Source of the DNA: a bacterium
GTDB lineage: Bacteria > Patescibacteriota > Saccharimonadia > Saccharimonadales > Saccharimonadaceae
Length of the DNA stretch: 35,249 nucleotides
Direction of reading: 5' to 3'
Assembly: GCA_963615165.1 (NCBI GenBank)
Contig: CAVEGL010000001.1
Span: 1 to 35,249 of the forward strand
Numbering within the stretch: position 1 is the first letter of the stretch; each line of letters begins with the position of its first letter. The notes beneath the pieces were generated by a model. It did no database searches. It saw only the letters and a list, made by a program, of their open reading frames with translations, and had not been told where the DNA came from. Below are positions 24,670-33,376 of this stretch, one piece after another. A program made the position numbers and the translations under genes.

Positions 24670-24903
24670 TCAATTCCTCCCCTTTTCCAAATCATCGATC
24701 CTATGATTAATCACCTTAATCTGCTCCTCCACCACCGGTAAACGCTTCGCAAAGCCGTTATGCTCACGCACTTCTCTCGTCAGCTCATCCAACTTGACCT
24801 CCGTCACTGCCTGCGCCTTATTATTCGCCAAAATTACACCTAAAAGAGTAATACCGCCTGTAATAACAGACGATACCACCGCCCCAATAACCGCATCCAT
24901 CAT
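24670..24903 (-). CDS. Holin-associated membrane protein (TM + coiled coil)
   Basis: TM then KLDELTREVREHN...EEQIKVINHRIDDLE. Confidence 0.8.
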   Translation of the reverse strand: MMDAVIGAVVSSVITGGITLLGVILANNKAQAVTEVKLDELTREVREHNGFAKRLPVVEEQIKVINHRIDDLEKGRN

Positions 24904-25847
24904 TTCACCTCTCTACGAATAATCACCGTTTTTTCCTTGTCCAGCCACTCCACATCACAGCCCAAAGCCTCCGCGATAAAGCGCACCGGCACCATCGTCC
25001 GTCCGTTCAAAATCTGCGCCGGCACATCAAGCGGCATATCCTTACCGTTTACCTTAGCATATTCGCCCTTAATCGGCAGCTCGATTAAATCCCATTTCTT
25101 CACTTCATCAACCATCGTCCACCCCTCCAATATCGGATAATCCCACGGCAGCACCGCAAAACCGTTAAGCCCCCACGTCTTACCCCAAGAGTTCTGGATA
25201 ACCACGCCCTCTTTAGCTATCCCCATCGCGCACACCTCATGACAGCCTCGAGCGCGCTCACTATCTTTCGGCAAAGGCAGCACCCAGCTTTCACGCGTCT
25301 TATAGTAAAACATGTTAAACGAGGGATAGACATTTAAGGTCAACGTAGCCGCCCCATGCTGATACACACAGTCCGCAATCTCGCTCAAATCATTCGTAAA
25401 CGCATAGGAATTAATCTTATTCTCCGCTGCTTTCGGAAACAAAGGCGCAAGCTTCGCCGAAATATCCGCATTAGGATACTTCGCCGACAAAGGCACTCCC
25501 TCGGGCAAATCATGCGCATAACAGATACCGTTCTTCCGCAGATTATCCAGCACCTTGCGCATATACCGCCCATCACCTGCATAGTCATCATCTGTCCGAT
25601 CGAAAAACGAGAAAATCGGCGCAAACTCATACCTACTCTTGCGCTCTCTTAATTCGTGATAAAACTTCGCCGCCGAAGCCGCCCACGCCGTACAGTCCCC
25701 CGCCTGCTGCCTACGCACAGGGCATAAAGCCGCAGGCATATACTCCGCAGGCCGCACACCTAAAGCAATATAATCCCGTGCCTGATAATCCCTCTCATCA
25801 GGCGGCGACACCTTAGCGCCATAATCATCACAAGTTACCTCCGCCAT
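24900..25847 (-). CDS. Papain-like C1 peptidase with Cu-amine-oxidase-N (stalk) domain
   Basis: QQAGDCTAWA, GCHEV, IQNSWG...WGLNG; C-terminal GRTMVPVRFIAEALG.DVEW. Confidence 0.88.
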   Translation of the reverse strand: MAEVTCDDYGAKVSPPDERDYQARDYIALGVRPAEYMPAALCPVRRQQAGDCTAWAASAAKFYHELRERKSRYEFAPIFSFFDRTDDDYAGDGRYMRKVLDNLRKNGICYAHDLPEGVPLSAKYPNADISAKLAPLFPKAAENKINSYAFTNDLSEIADCVYQHGAATLTLNVYPSFNMFYYKTRESWVLPLPKDSERARGCHEVCAMGIAKEGVVIQNSWGKTWGLNGFAVLPWDYPILEGWTMVDEVKKWDLIELPIKGEYAKVNGKDMPLDVPAQILNGRTMVPVRFIAEALGCDVEWLDKEKTVIIRREVK

Positions 25848-27177
25848 ACTCCAAAAACACCTCCAACTCGTCCTCATCGTCATAATCCTCAACATCTTTC
25901 AAATACCGCGGCACCCTCGCCTCCTCGGGCAGACACGGACGGCTCACGCAAAAATACCGCAAAGCATCCACATTATGCGTCAAATCATGCGGCTCTGTCG
26001 CTGCGTCCTCCACATCCTTTTCATCGTATTGTATTTGCGAAACATGCTTAATCAACAGCTTGCAATCCTCAAAAATCTTTAACCTGCTGCTCATTCTCCC
26101 GTCGGCTTGAGACGCGGCCTTTAAATACTCCCTCACCGCATACCACCCGGCGATACGTCCGGCTTTCACCTCAACTAACGGCAACCCATTCTCCGCAAAA
26201 ATCTCCGCACGGCTTCTGCCCGTCTCTTGACTTCTGCTCCATAAATCACTCGGCGCATACGTACAAGCAATCACATCATCACCATTTTTCAGCCTTATCC
26301 GCTCACACGCCGCCGAAATAATCAAATCAGGCACATTCAATTCCTTATACACATACGCATTACCCTCATAATCCACCGCAATCCATAAACACGCCAGCAT
26401 ATCCATACCATAGTCAAACACCCGATAGCGCTTCCAATCATGCGGAATATCGAACCCCTTAACCACATGCACATCACGCCTAAACTCCTTAAAGAACAAT
26501 CCATCGTACACATCCCATTCGCCCTCAAGCCATGCCCTGCGCCTATCGCCCGTATAGCTCTCCAGCTGCTTCACATACTCCCGATCGCTCTCCAAAAGCG
26601 CCTTATTATCATACACTGTCGCCTTAATTAACGGCAAATAATCCTTAGGGTCTTCACCCGACAAAAACTCTCGGTCTACAAACAACCTCTTCACCCAAGC
26701 ATGACCCACACCGCCCGGATTACACGTCAAATAAATCCTCTTCGGAAAATCATTCACACCACGCACACAAGCTTTCAGCGCATCAAAACTATCAAACTCA
26801 ATCTGCGTCGCCTCATCAATAAAAATCACATCATACTCCTGCCCTTGATAGCGCAGCAAATCCGCCCTATTCGCCAAATACCCAAACTGAATCACCGAAT
26901 TATTCGGCAGTCTCAAAGTCTTCGACGTATCATTATACCGCGCCACATCCTTTAAAAGCAGCCTTAAAGGCTCGATGTGATTCGTTCTCAATTCATCATA
27001 TGTCCTGCGGATAATCAAAATCTTAATTCCACCGTATCTTAATGCCAGCACCACCGCCTTATAGCGCACCGTCCAGCTCTTACCACCGCCTCTGGCGCCC
27101 CCATACGCCACATAACGATTAGTCGCCGTCAAAAACTCCTCCTGCTTCGGCTGAGGTTTACCTAATTCAATCCGCAT
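25828..27177 (-). CDS. terL: Terminase large subunit
   Basis: YGGARGGGKS, IFIDEA, TCNPGG, FDYG, HNVDALRY. Confidence 0.96.
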   Translation of the reverse strand: MRIELGKPQPKQEEFLTATNRYVAYGGARGGGKSWTVRYKAVVLALRYGGIKILIIRRTYDELRTNHIEPLRLLLKDVARYNDTSKTLRLPNNSVIQFGYLANRADLLRYQGQEYDVIFIDEATQIEFDSFDALKACVRGVNDFPKRIYLTCNPGGVGHAWVKRLFVDREFLSGEDPKDYLPLIKATVYDNKALLESDREYVKQLESYTGDRRRAWLEGEWDVYDGLFFKEFRRDVHVVKGFDIPHDWKRYRVFDYGMDMLACLWIAVDYEGNAYVYKELNVPDLIISAACERIRLKNGDDVIACTYAPSDLWSRSQETGRSRAEIFAENGLPLVEVKAGRIAGWYAVREYLKAASQADGRMSSRLKIFEDCKLLIKHVSQIQYDEKDVEDAATEPHDLTHNVDALRYFCVSRPCLPEEARVPRYLKDVEDYDDEDELEVFLEYGGGNL

Positions 27178-27565
27178 AGCGACTCACATCCTCAGGCAGT
27201 ACAATTTCAATCTTCGTATCCTGCGCCACCTCCGCCTTATCCGTCCACCTACACCAATTCTTCAAAGCAAAAATGCACATCGTCGCATTATACCTCCCCA
27301 AAGCCGCCCCCTCCGCCAGCACATCACTCTGCACCTGCTCAAAAGCACTTTTTATACTGGGGAAATATTTATTCAGCGCATTATAAATCGTCTTCCGATC
27401 CGCCTTTTCATAATTATCCTCCAGCCACCGACAAAACCCCGTCTGCGTCGGCAACCGTTTAAAACCATCATCCACCACCCAATCACAATACTCACGCCAC
27501 AAATCTAAAAGCCCATCGCCATTCTTCCACTTCCGCGGCTTCCCCCGCGACCTCTTCTCACTCAT
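27167..27565 (-). CDS. terS: Terminase small subunit
   Basis: Upstream of terL; RGKPRKW...IFALKNWCRWTDK. Confidence 0.85.
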   Translation of the reverse strand: MSEKRSRGKPRKWKNGDGLLDLWREYCDWVVDDGFKRLPTQTGFCRWLEDNYEKADRKTIYNALNKYFPSIKSAFEQVQSDVLAEGAALGRYNATMCIFALKNWCRWTDKAEVAQDTKIEIVLPEDVSRYAD

Positions 27566-27600
27566 CTTCATCACCTCCGCCAAAAAACCTCCCGCAAAGC

Positions 27601-27685
27601 AAAAGAGCACAAGCTCATCGCTTGTGCCCTCTCACCGAAAGGAGGTGTCTATATGAAAAGAAAACTCCGATATGTTTTAATCCAT
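27601..27685 (-). ncRNA. Short late-promoter transcript carrying an anti-Shine-Dalgarno sequence
   Basis: Between the late promoter and terminator gggcacaagc/gcttgtgctc + T4; contains CACCUCCUUU. Confidence 0.55.
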
Positions 27686-27691
27686 GCTAAC

Positions 27692-27727
27692 ATAATACCA
27701 CATAATCCACTCTCATACACTCTCATA
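27692..27727 (-). promoter_or_regulatory. Activator-dependent late promoter
   Basis: Extended -10 TGgTATTAT; tandem 10-bp repeat cactctcata (27708-27717, 27718-27727) in place of the -35. Confidence 0.7.
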
Positions 27728-27757
27728 ATCTTTTCAAAAATACTTTTATGTTCTCTC

Positions 27758-27786
27758 TTGACAATCGGTTAAACCCATACTATAAT
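27758..27786 (+). promoter_or_regulatory. Consensus sigmaA promoter of the moron cassette
   Basis: TTGACA-17-TATAAT; GGTTaAACC palindrome in the spacer. Confidence 0.9.
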
Positions 27787-27843
27787 ATACTTGTGGTTGA
27801 GAGAGATCACAAATAACGGGGCAAGACGAGAAAGGAGAACACA

Positions 27844-27978
27844 ATGGAAGAAATGGGAATGACCGACTTACAGTTCAAATCTTTTCTTAAACTTTTAATC
27901 AAACAACTCGAGGACGCTAAAACCGAAGAGCAAAAACAAGAAATCGTCCAGCAGTTAAAAGAAATGCTGCAAGGATAA
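27844..27978 (+). CDS. 44-aa soluble helical peptide (not in ORF track)
   Basis: AAAGGAG RBS; MEEMGMTDLQFKSFLKLLIKQLEDAKTEEQKQEIVQQLKEMLQG. Confidence 0.85.
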   Translation: MEEMGMTDLQFKSFLKLLIKQLEDAKTEEQKQEIVQQLKEMLQG

Positions 27979-28045
27979 AAAAATAGGTCCCGAATGGGAC
28001 CTACAACCGATAAGAGAAAGGCGGGCTTGCCACCGCCTCTTCTTC
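27977..28045 (-). ncRNA. Convergent ~70-nt antisense RNA
   Basis: TTGACA(28079-28074)-17-TGnTAAGGT(28056-28051); hairpin aggcgg/ccgcct; terminator taggtccc/gggaccta + T7. Confidence 0.7.
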
Positions 28046-28092
28046 TCTCAACCTTACCACATTCTTTACCCTTTGTCAAGCGAGGTGATATT

Positions 28093-28266
28093 ATGAGCAA
28101 AGATAATCCCACCGCCAAAGAAAAATACGATACTGCCAACACCCAGTTTATCGGCTTAAAATTAAATAAAAAAACCGACAGCGATATTTTAGCCGCCCTG
28201 GATAACAAATCCAAACAAACCGAAATCAAGCGCTTGCTGCGTATCGGTATCGCCGCCGATGTCTAA
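28093..28266 (+). CDS. 57-aa ribbon-helix-helix-like protein
   Basis: GAGGTG RBS; KYD..NT.FIGLKLNKKTDSDILAALD...KQTEIKRLLR. Confidence 0.8.
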   Translation: MSKDNPTAKEKYDTANTQFIGLKLNKKTDSDILAALDNKSKQTEIKRLLRIGIAADV

Positions 28267-28293
28267 AGCCTGCCCCATAAGCAGGCTTTTTTT
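28265..28293. terminator. Bidirectional terminator
   Basis: aaagcctgc-cccataa-gcaggctttttt. Confidence 0.85.
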
Positions 28294-28702
28294 ATCCGCA
28301 ATTCTTTACCACATTATACGCCTGCAAAGCCCATCCATGCAACCGATACACATGCTGTATACTATAGTGCATCACCTTAGCGATCTCCTCCCAATCCAAC
28401 CCCACAATATACCGATACACCAGCACATCACGCATACTCTCATTCTTGATCGCGCCGATGAGCGACATGGCACGTGCTCTTTCGTCCAAAAAAGTCTCAA
28501 TCTCCGCCGCCAAGCACTCTTTCAAACTCACCAATCGCCCCACCTGCTCCGCCAGCTTGTCCCCGCCTTGGGCTTTAGGCAAACCATCAGCCTTAGAAGT
28601 ACACCCCTCTAAAATACATTCTAACTCCGCAATCTCCTCCTCGCGGCGGCGCACCCTCGCCTTAGCCCGTCTCACCTGCCACAGCTCATCCTTAGCACTC
28701 AT
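28292..28702 (-). CDS. ArpU/RinA/DUF1492-like late transcription activator
   Basis: RDVLVYRYIVGLDWEEIAKVMHYSIQHVYRLHGWAL; last early gene. Confidence 0.88.
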   Translation of the reverse strand: MSAKDELWQVRRAKARVRRREEEIAELECILEGCTSKADGLPKAQGGDKLAEQVGRLVSLKECLAAEIETFLDERARAMSLIGAIKNESMRDVLVYRYIVGLDWEEIAKVMHYSIQHVYRLHGWALQAYNVVKNCG

Positions 28703-28876
28703 CTATTCTACCACCCTCATCAAAATTATACTCCAGTCTTCTAAACCATGCTCATCTCTACTTGGATAAACACCTACTACTTTGTAACCCCATCTCCCAT
28801 AAGAATCAAGTTTTTTCACGACATCTTTAGCTGCGGTAAAAGGGTCTACTGGTATAATCTGATACTCGAACTCCAC
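28703..28876 (-). CDS. 57-aa DUF4177-like protein
   Basis: GTG start with GGAGGTGGAG; FEYQII...LDSYGRWGYKVVGV...ILMR. Confidence 0.65.
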   Translation of the reverse strand: MEFEYQIIPVDPFTAAKDVVKKLDSYGRWGYKVVGVYPSRDEHGLEDWSIILMRVVE

Positions 28877-29245
28877 CTACTCCACCTCCGCCAGCCAATA
28901 TTCGATTTTGCATTTATGGCAATGATCACTTATGCAATACTCACTTTTAAAATTTTTGTCCACTACACACGGCTCAATACCTAAAACGCCGTCAAAATAC
29001 AATTGCGCATTCGGAAACATCTTTAAAAACTCGCTCTGTCGCGTTTTCTTTGGATGTTCGTCACTCCATTTTTGCACGGTTCTGATAGCAAATTCTGCCT
29101 CTTGAATACTCATCCCCTCGCATTCATCGCAAAACCAACTAACCAAACCTTGCTTTAAAGGGCATAAAACCTTTGGATCGGTTAACGATTGGCACATCCT
29201 GTTTTGCTCTTTAATAAAAGTTTTAAAATCATTGCAATCCGCCAT
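28877..29245 (-). CDS. Cys-rich hypothetical phage protein
   Basis: GAGGAG RBS; VQKWSDEHPKKTRQSEFLKMFPNA. Confidence 0.8.
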   Translation of the reverse strand: MADCNDFKTFIKEQNRMCQSLTDPKVLCPLKQGLVSWFCDECEGMSIQEAEFAIRTVQKWSDEHPKKTRQSEFLKMFPNAQLYFDGVLGIEPCVVDKNFKSEYCISDHCHKCKIEYWLAEVE

Positions 29246-29381
29246 TTTTTTTCTCCTCTCTTTCTTTAAAATATCTATCTTGCTTCTTATAGCTTTTCCA
29301 TAAAAGATACATATTTGCGCACGCAAGTATAATCGCCACACTCCAAAAAATATAAAAAGCAATTTTCATATCCACAGTCAT
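29229..29381 (-). CDS. 50-aa single-TM protein
   Basis: MTVDMKIAFYIFWSVAIILACANMYLLWKSYKK...; TGATG coupling. Confidence 0.6.
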   Translation of the reverse strand: MTVDMKIAFYIFWSVAIILACANMYLLWKSYKKQDRYFKEREEKKNGGLQ

Positions 29382-29644
29382 CATATCTCCTTATCTCTCG
29401 CCCGCTCTAACCGCCGCTCAATCTCCTTTTGGTAGCACTCCGGGCACACCGCATAGCCGAACCCCCACCTATCATGAATTTCCATCGACGTGTAGCACTC
29501 GCCGAAACGCATCTCCTTGCCACAGCCCGCGCAGTTGACGATTTTGTTCATATCATCTTCATACAATTTGCACTCCCAATCAGCAGGCACATCATACGGC
29601 TCATACTCGCCTTTTTCGTTATTCCACTTCTGCATCGTCATCAT
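29381..29644 (-). CDS. Zn-finger hypothetical protein
   Basis: CAGC...CPEC. Confidence 0.75.
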   Translation of the reverse strand: MMTMQKWNNEKGEYEPYDVPADWECKLYEDDMNKIVNCAGCGKEMRFGECYTSMEIHDRWGFGYAVCPECYQKEIERRLERARDKEI

Positions 29645-29939
29645 CCACCAGCTCCTCTATACTGAAATTGCACTCATCTTTCAGTACCGCCGTCATATCG
29701 TCCAAGCTTAAGCGCCCCTCATCTGTGCACTCCGCCAGATATGCGCCCTCTTTCACGATCCGTTTCAGCCTTTTCTCGCCAAAGCCGAAACTGTTGTGCA
29801 GGATGTAGCACATCAGCGTTAAGGTCTTACCCGTACCGGCATACACACCCTCGCTAAAGGCTCGCTTTATCTCGCCATTTACTATGGCGTTAATCTTCAT
29901 CGCTTCCAGATTAGCTTTTTTATTCTTCGCCGTGCTCAA
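29619..29939 (-). CDS. Hypothetical phage protein
   Basis: LHNSFGFGEKRLKR motif common in phage early proteins. Confidence 0.75.
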   Translation of the reverse strand: MSTAKNKKANLEAMKINAIVNGEIKRAFSEGVYAGTGKTLTLMCYILHNSFGFGEKRLKRIVKEGAYLAECTDEGRLSLDDMTAVLKDECNFSIEELVDDDDAEVE

Positions 29940-30249
29940 AGCTATACCCCCATTTCAAACACATCGCCATCACCTGTACACACTCGCAGGCGCAGGCAAA
30001 GGCTGCATCATATATCTCATCCAGCTTGTCTTGCTTGACTTGCTTATCATGCTTGACATCGATCCACAGTGCATACAGCATACTCTGAAATATACCCCGA
30101 TTCACACTCTGGCACATCTCCTCCGTCTCCTCTTTCAGCACCGCCCATGCCTCATGCTGGCTGTGAAAATTCCCATGTTGTATAATCGCCGTATCTTTCT
30201 CTTTCTCGGCGGCAAACTCTATACTGTCTTTACTAACCTCACAAATCAT
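29920..30249 (-). CDS. MazG-like all-alpha protein
   Basis: FHSQHEAWAVLKEETEE...ECVQVMAM. Confidence 0.6.
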   Translation of the reverse strand: MICEVSKDSIEFAAEKEKDTAIIQHGNFHSQHEAWAVLKEETEEMCQSVNRGIFQSMLYALWIDVKHDKQVKQDKLDEIYDAAFACACECVQVMAMCLKWGYSFEHGEE

Positions 30250-30267
30250 CGCTTTCTCCTCGCTTTC

Positions 30268-30591
30268 TTACGCTCCGTTTAAATTCAGTCGACAAAGACC
30301 GCTTTTGCCTATCGTCTTAACCTCAGCTTTCTTTGCACGTATCCTTGCCAGCTCCGCTTTAACCTCTGCCGTCTCCTCCCAAAACTCCGGGCATTCCTGC
30401 ACCACGTAAATATATGTTTCAACCCCGGCCTGCGCCTTGCGCTGACTCTCCCAATTCACACGCTTTTTCATAAACTTCGCCCCCTCGGGCATCGTGCGTT
30501 TCTTGCTAAACCAGCTGCATTGCACCTCGCTCAGCCCGCAAGCCCTGGCACAATCCCAGCAAATACTTGAAATCGGTTTTCCGCCTGTCAT
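30268..30591 (-). CDS. Cys-rich hypothetical protein
   Basis: SICWDCARACG...CSW...VQECPEF. Confidence 0.75.
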   Translation of the reverse strand: MTGGKPISSICWDCARACGLSEVQCSWFSKKRTMPEGAKFMKKRVNWESQRKAQAGVETYIYVVQECPEFWEETAEVKAELARIRAKKAEVKTIGKSGLCRLNLNGA

Positions 30592-30592
30592 T

Positions 30593-30991
30593 TCACACCT
30601 CCGCTATCTCTATCTCCACGCGCGGGTTATCTTTATCTGACAGCACCCTTGAGCCATCATGGCTTTTCACGATCGCGCTATTGTCATCCGCGATCACGCC
30701 GAATTTGACTAAGATATCACACGTCGCACCCAGTAAATTGCATAAATCCACCTTGCGCTTATTCGGCATATAGTACACGCATTTTAAATTTATCGGCACA
30801 TCGATATGCTGCTTTTTATCGCCGGTGATCTGCCTGCCGCAGTCCTTTTCGTATGCCTTATACGCTTTACTCGGCGCAATAAACGGCTTGTTTGTCTTTT
30901 GGTTAATCCAAATCTGCCCGCTGTTCTTCTTCGTCACCGGCGCACCGTATAGCGTTAGCTTTAACATTCTCTGCGACTCGTTCACGACCAT
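30593..30991 (-). CDS. rusA: RusA Holliday junction resolvase
   Basis: PVTKKNS, VDLCNL...DIL...GVIADDN, NPRVEI. Confidence 0.88.
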   Translation of the reverse strand: MVVNESQRMLKLTLYGAPVTKKNSGQIWINQKTNKPFIAPSKAYKAYEKDCGRQITGDKKQHIDVPINLKCVYYMPNKRKVDLCNLLGATCDILVKFGVIADDNSAIVKSHDGSRVLSDKDNPRVEIEIAEV

Positions 30992-31374
30992 TAGAACGGC
31001 ACCTCGCTCTCGCTAAACTCGACCTCCGTCCCAAAATCATCACCGCCGCTTTTCTCTTGCTTACCGCCGATAAACTCTACCCTATCGGCAACCACTTCCG
31101 TCACCCAGCGTTTTTTCCCATCTTCGCCGTCATAGGTGCGGATCTGCAAACGCCCCTCAATCGCGCACTGTCTGCCCTTTCCCAGATACTTAGCCGCATT
31201 CTCGCCCGACTTATTCCACACCACGATATTAATAAAATCCGCGTCCTGCTCGCCGTCCTTGGCATACGGCCGATTCACCGCCAAAGTAAACGTACACACC
31301 GCCGCCCCATTTGGCGTATAGCGCAAATCAGGATCCTTAGTCAGCCGCCCGATTAAAATAATTTTATTCACCAT
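30991..31374 (-). CDS. ssb: Single-stranded DNA-binding protein
   Basis: NKIILIGRLTKDPDLRYT...acidic tail ending VPF. Confidence 0.96.
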   Translation of the reverse strand: MVNKIILIGRLTKDPDLRYTPNGAAVCTFTLAVNRPYAKDGEQDADFINIVVWNKSGENAAKYLGKGRQCAIEGRLQIRTYDGEDGKKRWVTEVVADRVEFIGGKQEKSGGDDFGTEVEFSESEVPF

Positions 31375-31732
31375 ATTTCCTCCTCGCATTCAGCTCAATC
31401 AACGCCACCGCAGCAGCATAATCCTCACGATTCTCCTTATTCGCCCGCTTGTAAAAGCTGCACTTCTTCCGTGCACACACCAGCTCCAGCAAACCCTTAC
31501 ACGACTTCGTCTCACTGTCGTACAGCAAACAGCTCTTCATCACCTTACCGCACGGCTTAGGCCTCGCCGGTGTAACCTCCGCCGCCTTACACGCCTCACT
31601 CCACGAGCCGAAATATTTCCGCGCCGCATGATACAGCGAATCATCAGCCGTCGATTTCGCACAACCATACCTCTCAGCCAAAGCCCTAATCCCCTCAATC
31701 ACCGCAGCTTTATTCCATGTTCTGTTCTCCAT
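31364..31732 (-). CDS. Hypothetical protein with homing-endonuclease-associated-repeat-like motif
   Basis: W....I...AARKYFGSWSEACKAA plus Cys-rich C-terminus. Confidence 0.65.
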   Translation of the reverse strand: MENRTWNKAAVIEGIRALAERYGCAKSTADDSLYHAARKYFGSWSEACKAAEVTPARPKPCGKVMKSCLLYDSETKSCKGLLELVCARKKCSFYKRANKENREDYAAAVALIELNARRKYGE

Positions 31733-31739
31733 ATCTCAC

Positions 31740-32543
31740 TCACTCCGCTATATAGTTCAAATTTCTCTTTGCCGTAGGAAAACTATCCTGCGCCGACCTC
31801 GGAGCCGCCCTCATAGGCGCAACTTTCCCCTTATCCAGCTTATCCCACACAATTCCCTGATAGCCGTTAGCAATCGACAAATCAATAACATCCCTCACAG
31901 CCTTTTCGCCGTAATCATCGACCTTTTGCTTAATTAAATTCAATAGCTTATTAAACCCAATCTCTTGATAGGGCTTAGATCGCTCCTTGTGATGCCTTAG
32001 CCATTCGCAAACAGCGCCTTTCATCTCCGCCGAGAAACGTGCATCAGCATTCACCGCCTCGATTTGCAAATCCGTCACAGGCTTTTTGCCCTTGCCCGTT
32101 CCCCCTTGGGGGGTAAGGGGGGTATTATTATCTTTTTCATATTCATTATCATACTCATAATCATTATCATATAGGGTTTTTGAAAAACCACTTGGGTTTT
32201 TTCGGTTTTCGGAAAAACCGCTCGGTTTTTTCGGTTTTTCTTTCTCATCAGCAATAACTGCTTGGTTTTCTTCTTTCTCCGCATCCTTACGCGGACGGCC
32301 GCCCTTTTGCCCGTTCATTTTATTTTGTTCGCACTGCTCGCGATACTTCTCATTATTGCTGTCAATATCATCTTTAATCACACTGAAAAGCAGCTCCGCA
32401 CGCAATGATTGAAACTCTATTTCTTCACCCTCATCAGCATAAGCATAGATGGCGGTCAGCACTTCTCCGCGTTCCTCCATATCCAGTTTTTCGATTTGTT
32501 TTCTGTACCTCGTGAAAAGCAAAACAGTACCTTTCTCCGCCAT
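31740..32543 (-). CDS. Replication initiator (DUF6291 N-terminus)
   Basis: LDMEERGEVLTAIYAY...NGQKGGRP; low-complexity iteron linker; SIANGYQG. Confidence 0.88.
   Translation of the reverse strand: MAEKGTVLLFTRYRKQIEKLDMEERGEVLTAIYAYADEGEEIEFQSLRAELLFSVIKDDIDSNNEKYREQCEQNKMNGQKGGRPRKDAEKEENQAVIADEKEKPKKPSGFSENRKNPSGFSKTLYDNDYEYDNEYEKDNNTPLTPQGGTGKGKKPVTDLQIEAVNADARFSAEMKGAVCEWLRHHKERSKPYQEIGFNKLLNLIKQKVDDYGEKAVRDVIDLSIANGYQGIVWDKLDKGKVAPMRAAPRSAQDSFPTAKRNLNYIAE
32174..32270. repeat. Iterons / probable replication origin in the rep gene
   Basis: Clustered ggtttt/aaaacc units, e.g. gaaaaacc.ct.ggttttttcggtttt twice. Confidence 0.7.
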
Positions 32544-32554
32544 CTTCCTGCCTC

Positions 32555-33361
32555 CTACATCTCTATCTCATCGCCGATTTTTTCTAACTCCTCGGCTTCC
32601 ACCTCAACCGTCTTTTCTTCCATCAGAGCTTTCAGCAAATCTTTAAATCCCGCAAACTCACTCGTCTTAATTTCACTCGTCTTCGTATAGCCCAAAGTAT
32701 CCAACGCTCTTTTTACCGTCTCATTATCCGCTATCTTAAACAGCTCTTTCTGCTGGGCGCGGCTGATATACTGCACCACTTCCGTCTCAGGCAATTGCTG
32801 TTCCTCCGTCTCGATCTCTGATTGATCATACATCCCCTGAAACTTATCCGGGAAGCACTCGCGCAGCGCCTGCACGATTGCCACCTTGCGTATCATCGTT
32901 GCCGGCTTAGACTTCCACATACTATTCTGCTGGTCATACTCATCTAAACTTGCCGAGTTTTTAAACGCCGACTTCCAGCCCTTACGCTCCACCTCGCACC
33001 AGCCGCCGACCAGCTTTTCACCCGGTAAAACGATCGTCCCCTCACGCTCCAGATATTCACCCTTAGCCGTCGCCACGCCAATCCCCGCTCGCCAGCCCTC
33101 GCACTCCTCGATCTGCGCCGCTCTGCGCGTAAAGGCATCCTTGCCTACTACCGTGCTGGCAGGAGCTTTATCCGAATACTTGATCAAGTACGCTTCACGT
33201 AAGAAAGGATTAAGCCCCTGATACTTACACAGATTGATAAACATTGCCACTTCTTGATCACTCGGTCTGCCCGAGCCGTTCGTCAAATAATCCCTCACCG
33301 TCTGCGCGTCTAAGCTCACCTGCTGACCTCCGCATTCATAAACCGCCATCAATTTATTCAT
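32555..33361 (-). CDS. bet: Bet/RecT single-strand annealing protein
   Basis: LCKYQGLNPFLREAYLIKY...W.SKPATMIRKVAIVQALRECFP. Confidence 0.93.
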   Translation of the reverse strand: MNKLMAVYECGGQQVSLDAQTVRDYLTNGSGRPSDQEVAMFINLCKYQGLNPFLREAYLIKYSDKAPASTVVGKDAFTRRAAQIEECEGWRAGIGVATAKGEYLEREGTIVLPGEKLVGGWCEVERKGWKSAFKNSASLDEYDQQNSMWKSKPATMIRKVAIVQALRECFPDKFQGMYDQSEIETEEQQLPETEVVQYISRAQQKELFKIADNETVKRALDTLGYTKTSEIKTSEFAGFKDLLKALMEEKTVEVEAEELEKIGDEIEM

Positions 33362-33376
33362 ATCTCATCTCTCCTT

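Noticed and set aside
27653..27772. Plus-strand 39-aa ORF with a perfect RBS
   Set aside because: No upstream plus promoter and it runs through two promoters; better explained as the complement of an anti-SD RNA, though not excluded.
32174..32270. Repeat cluster as a CRISPR or ncRNA array
   Set aside because: Irregular short repeats inside the rep linker with no spacers; typical iterons.
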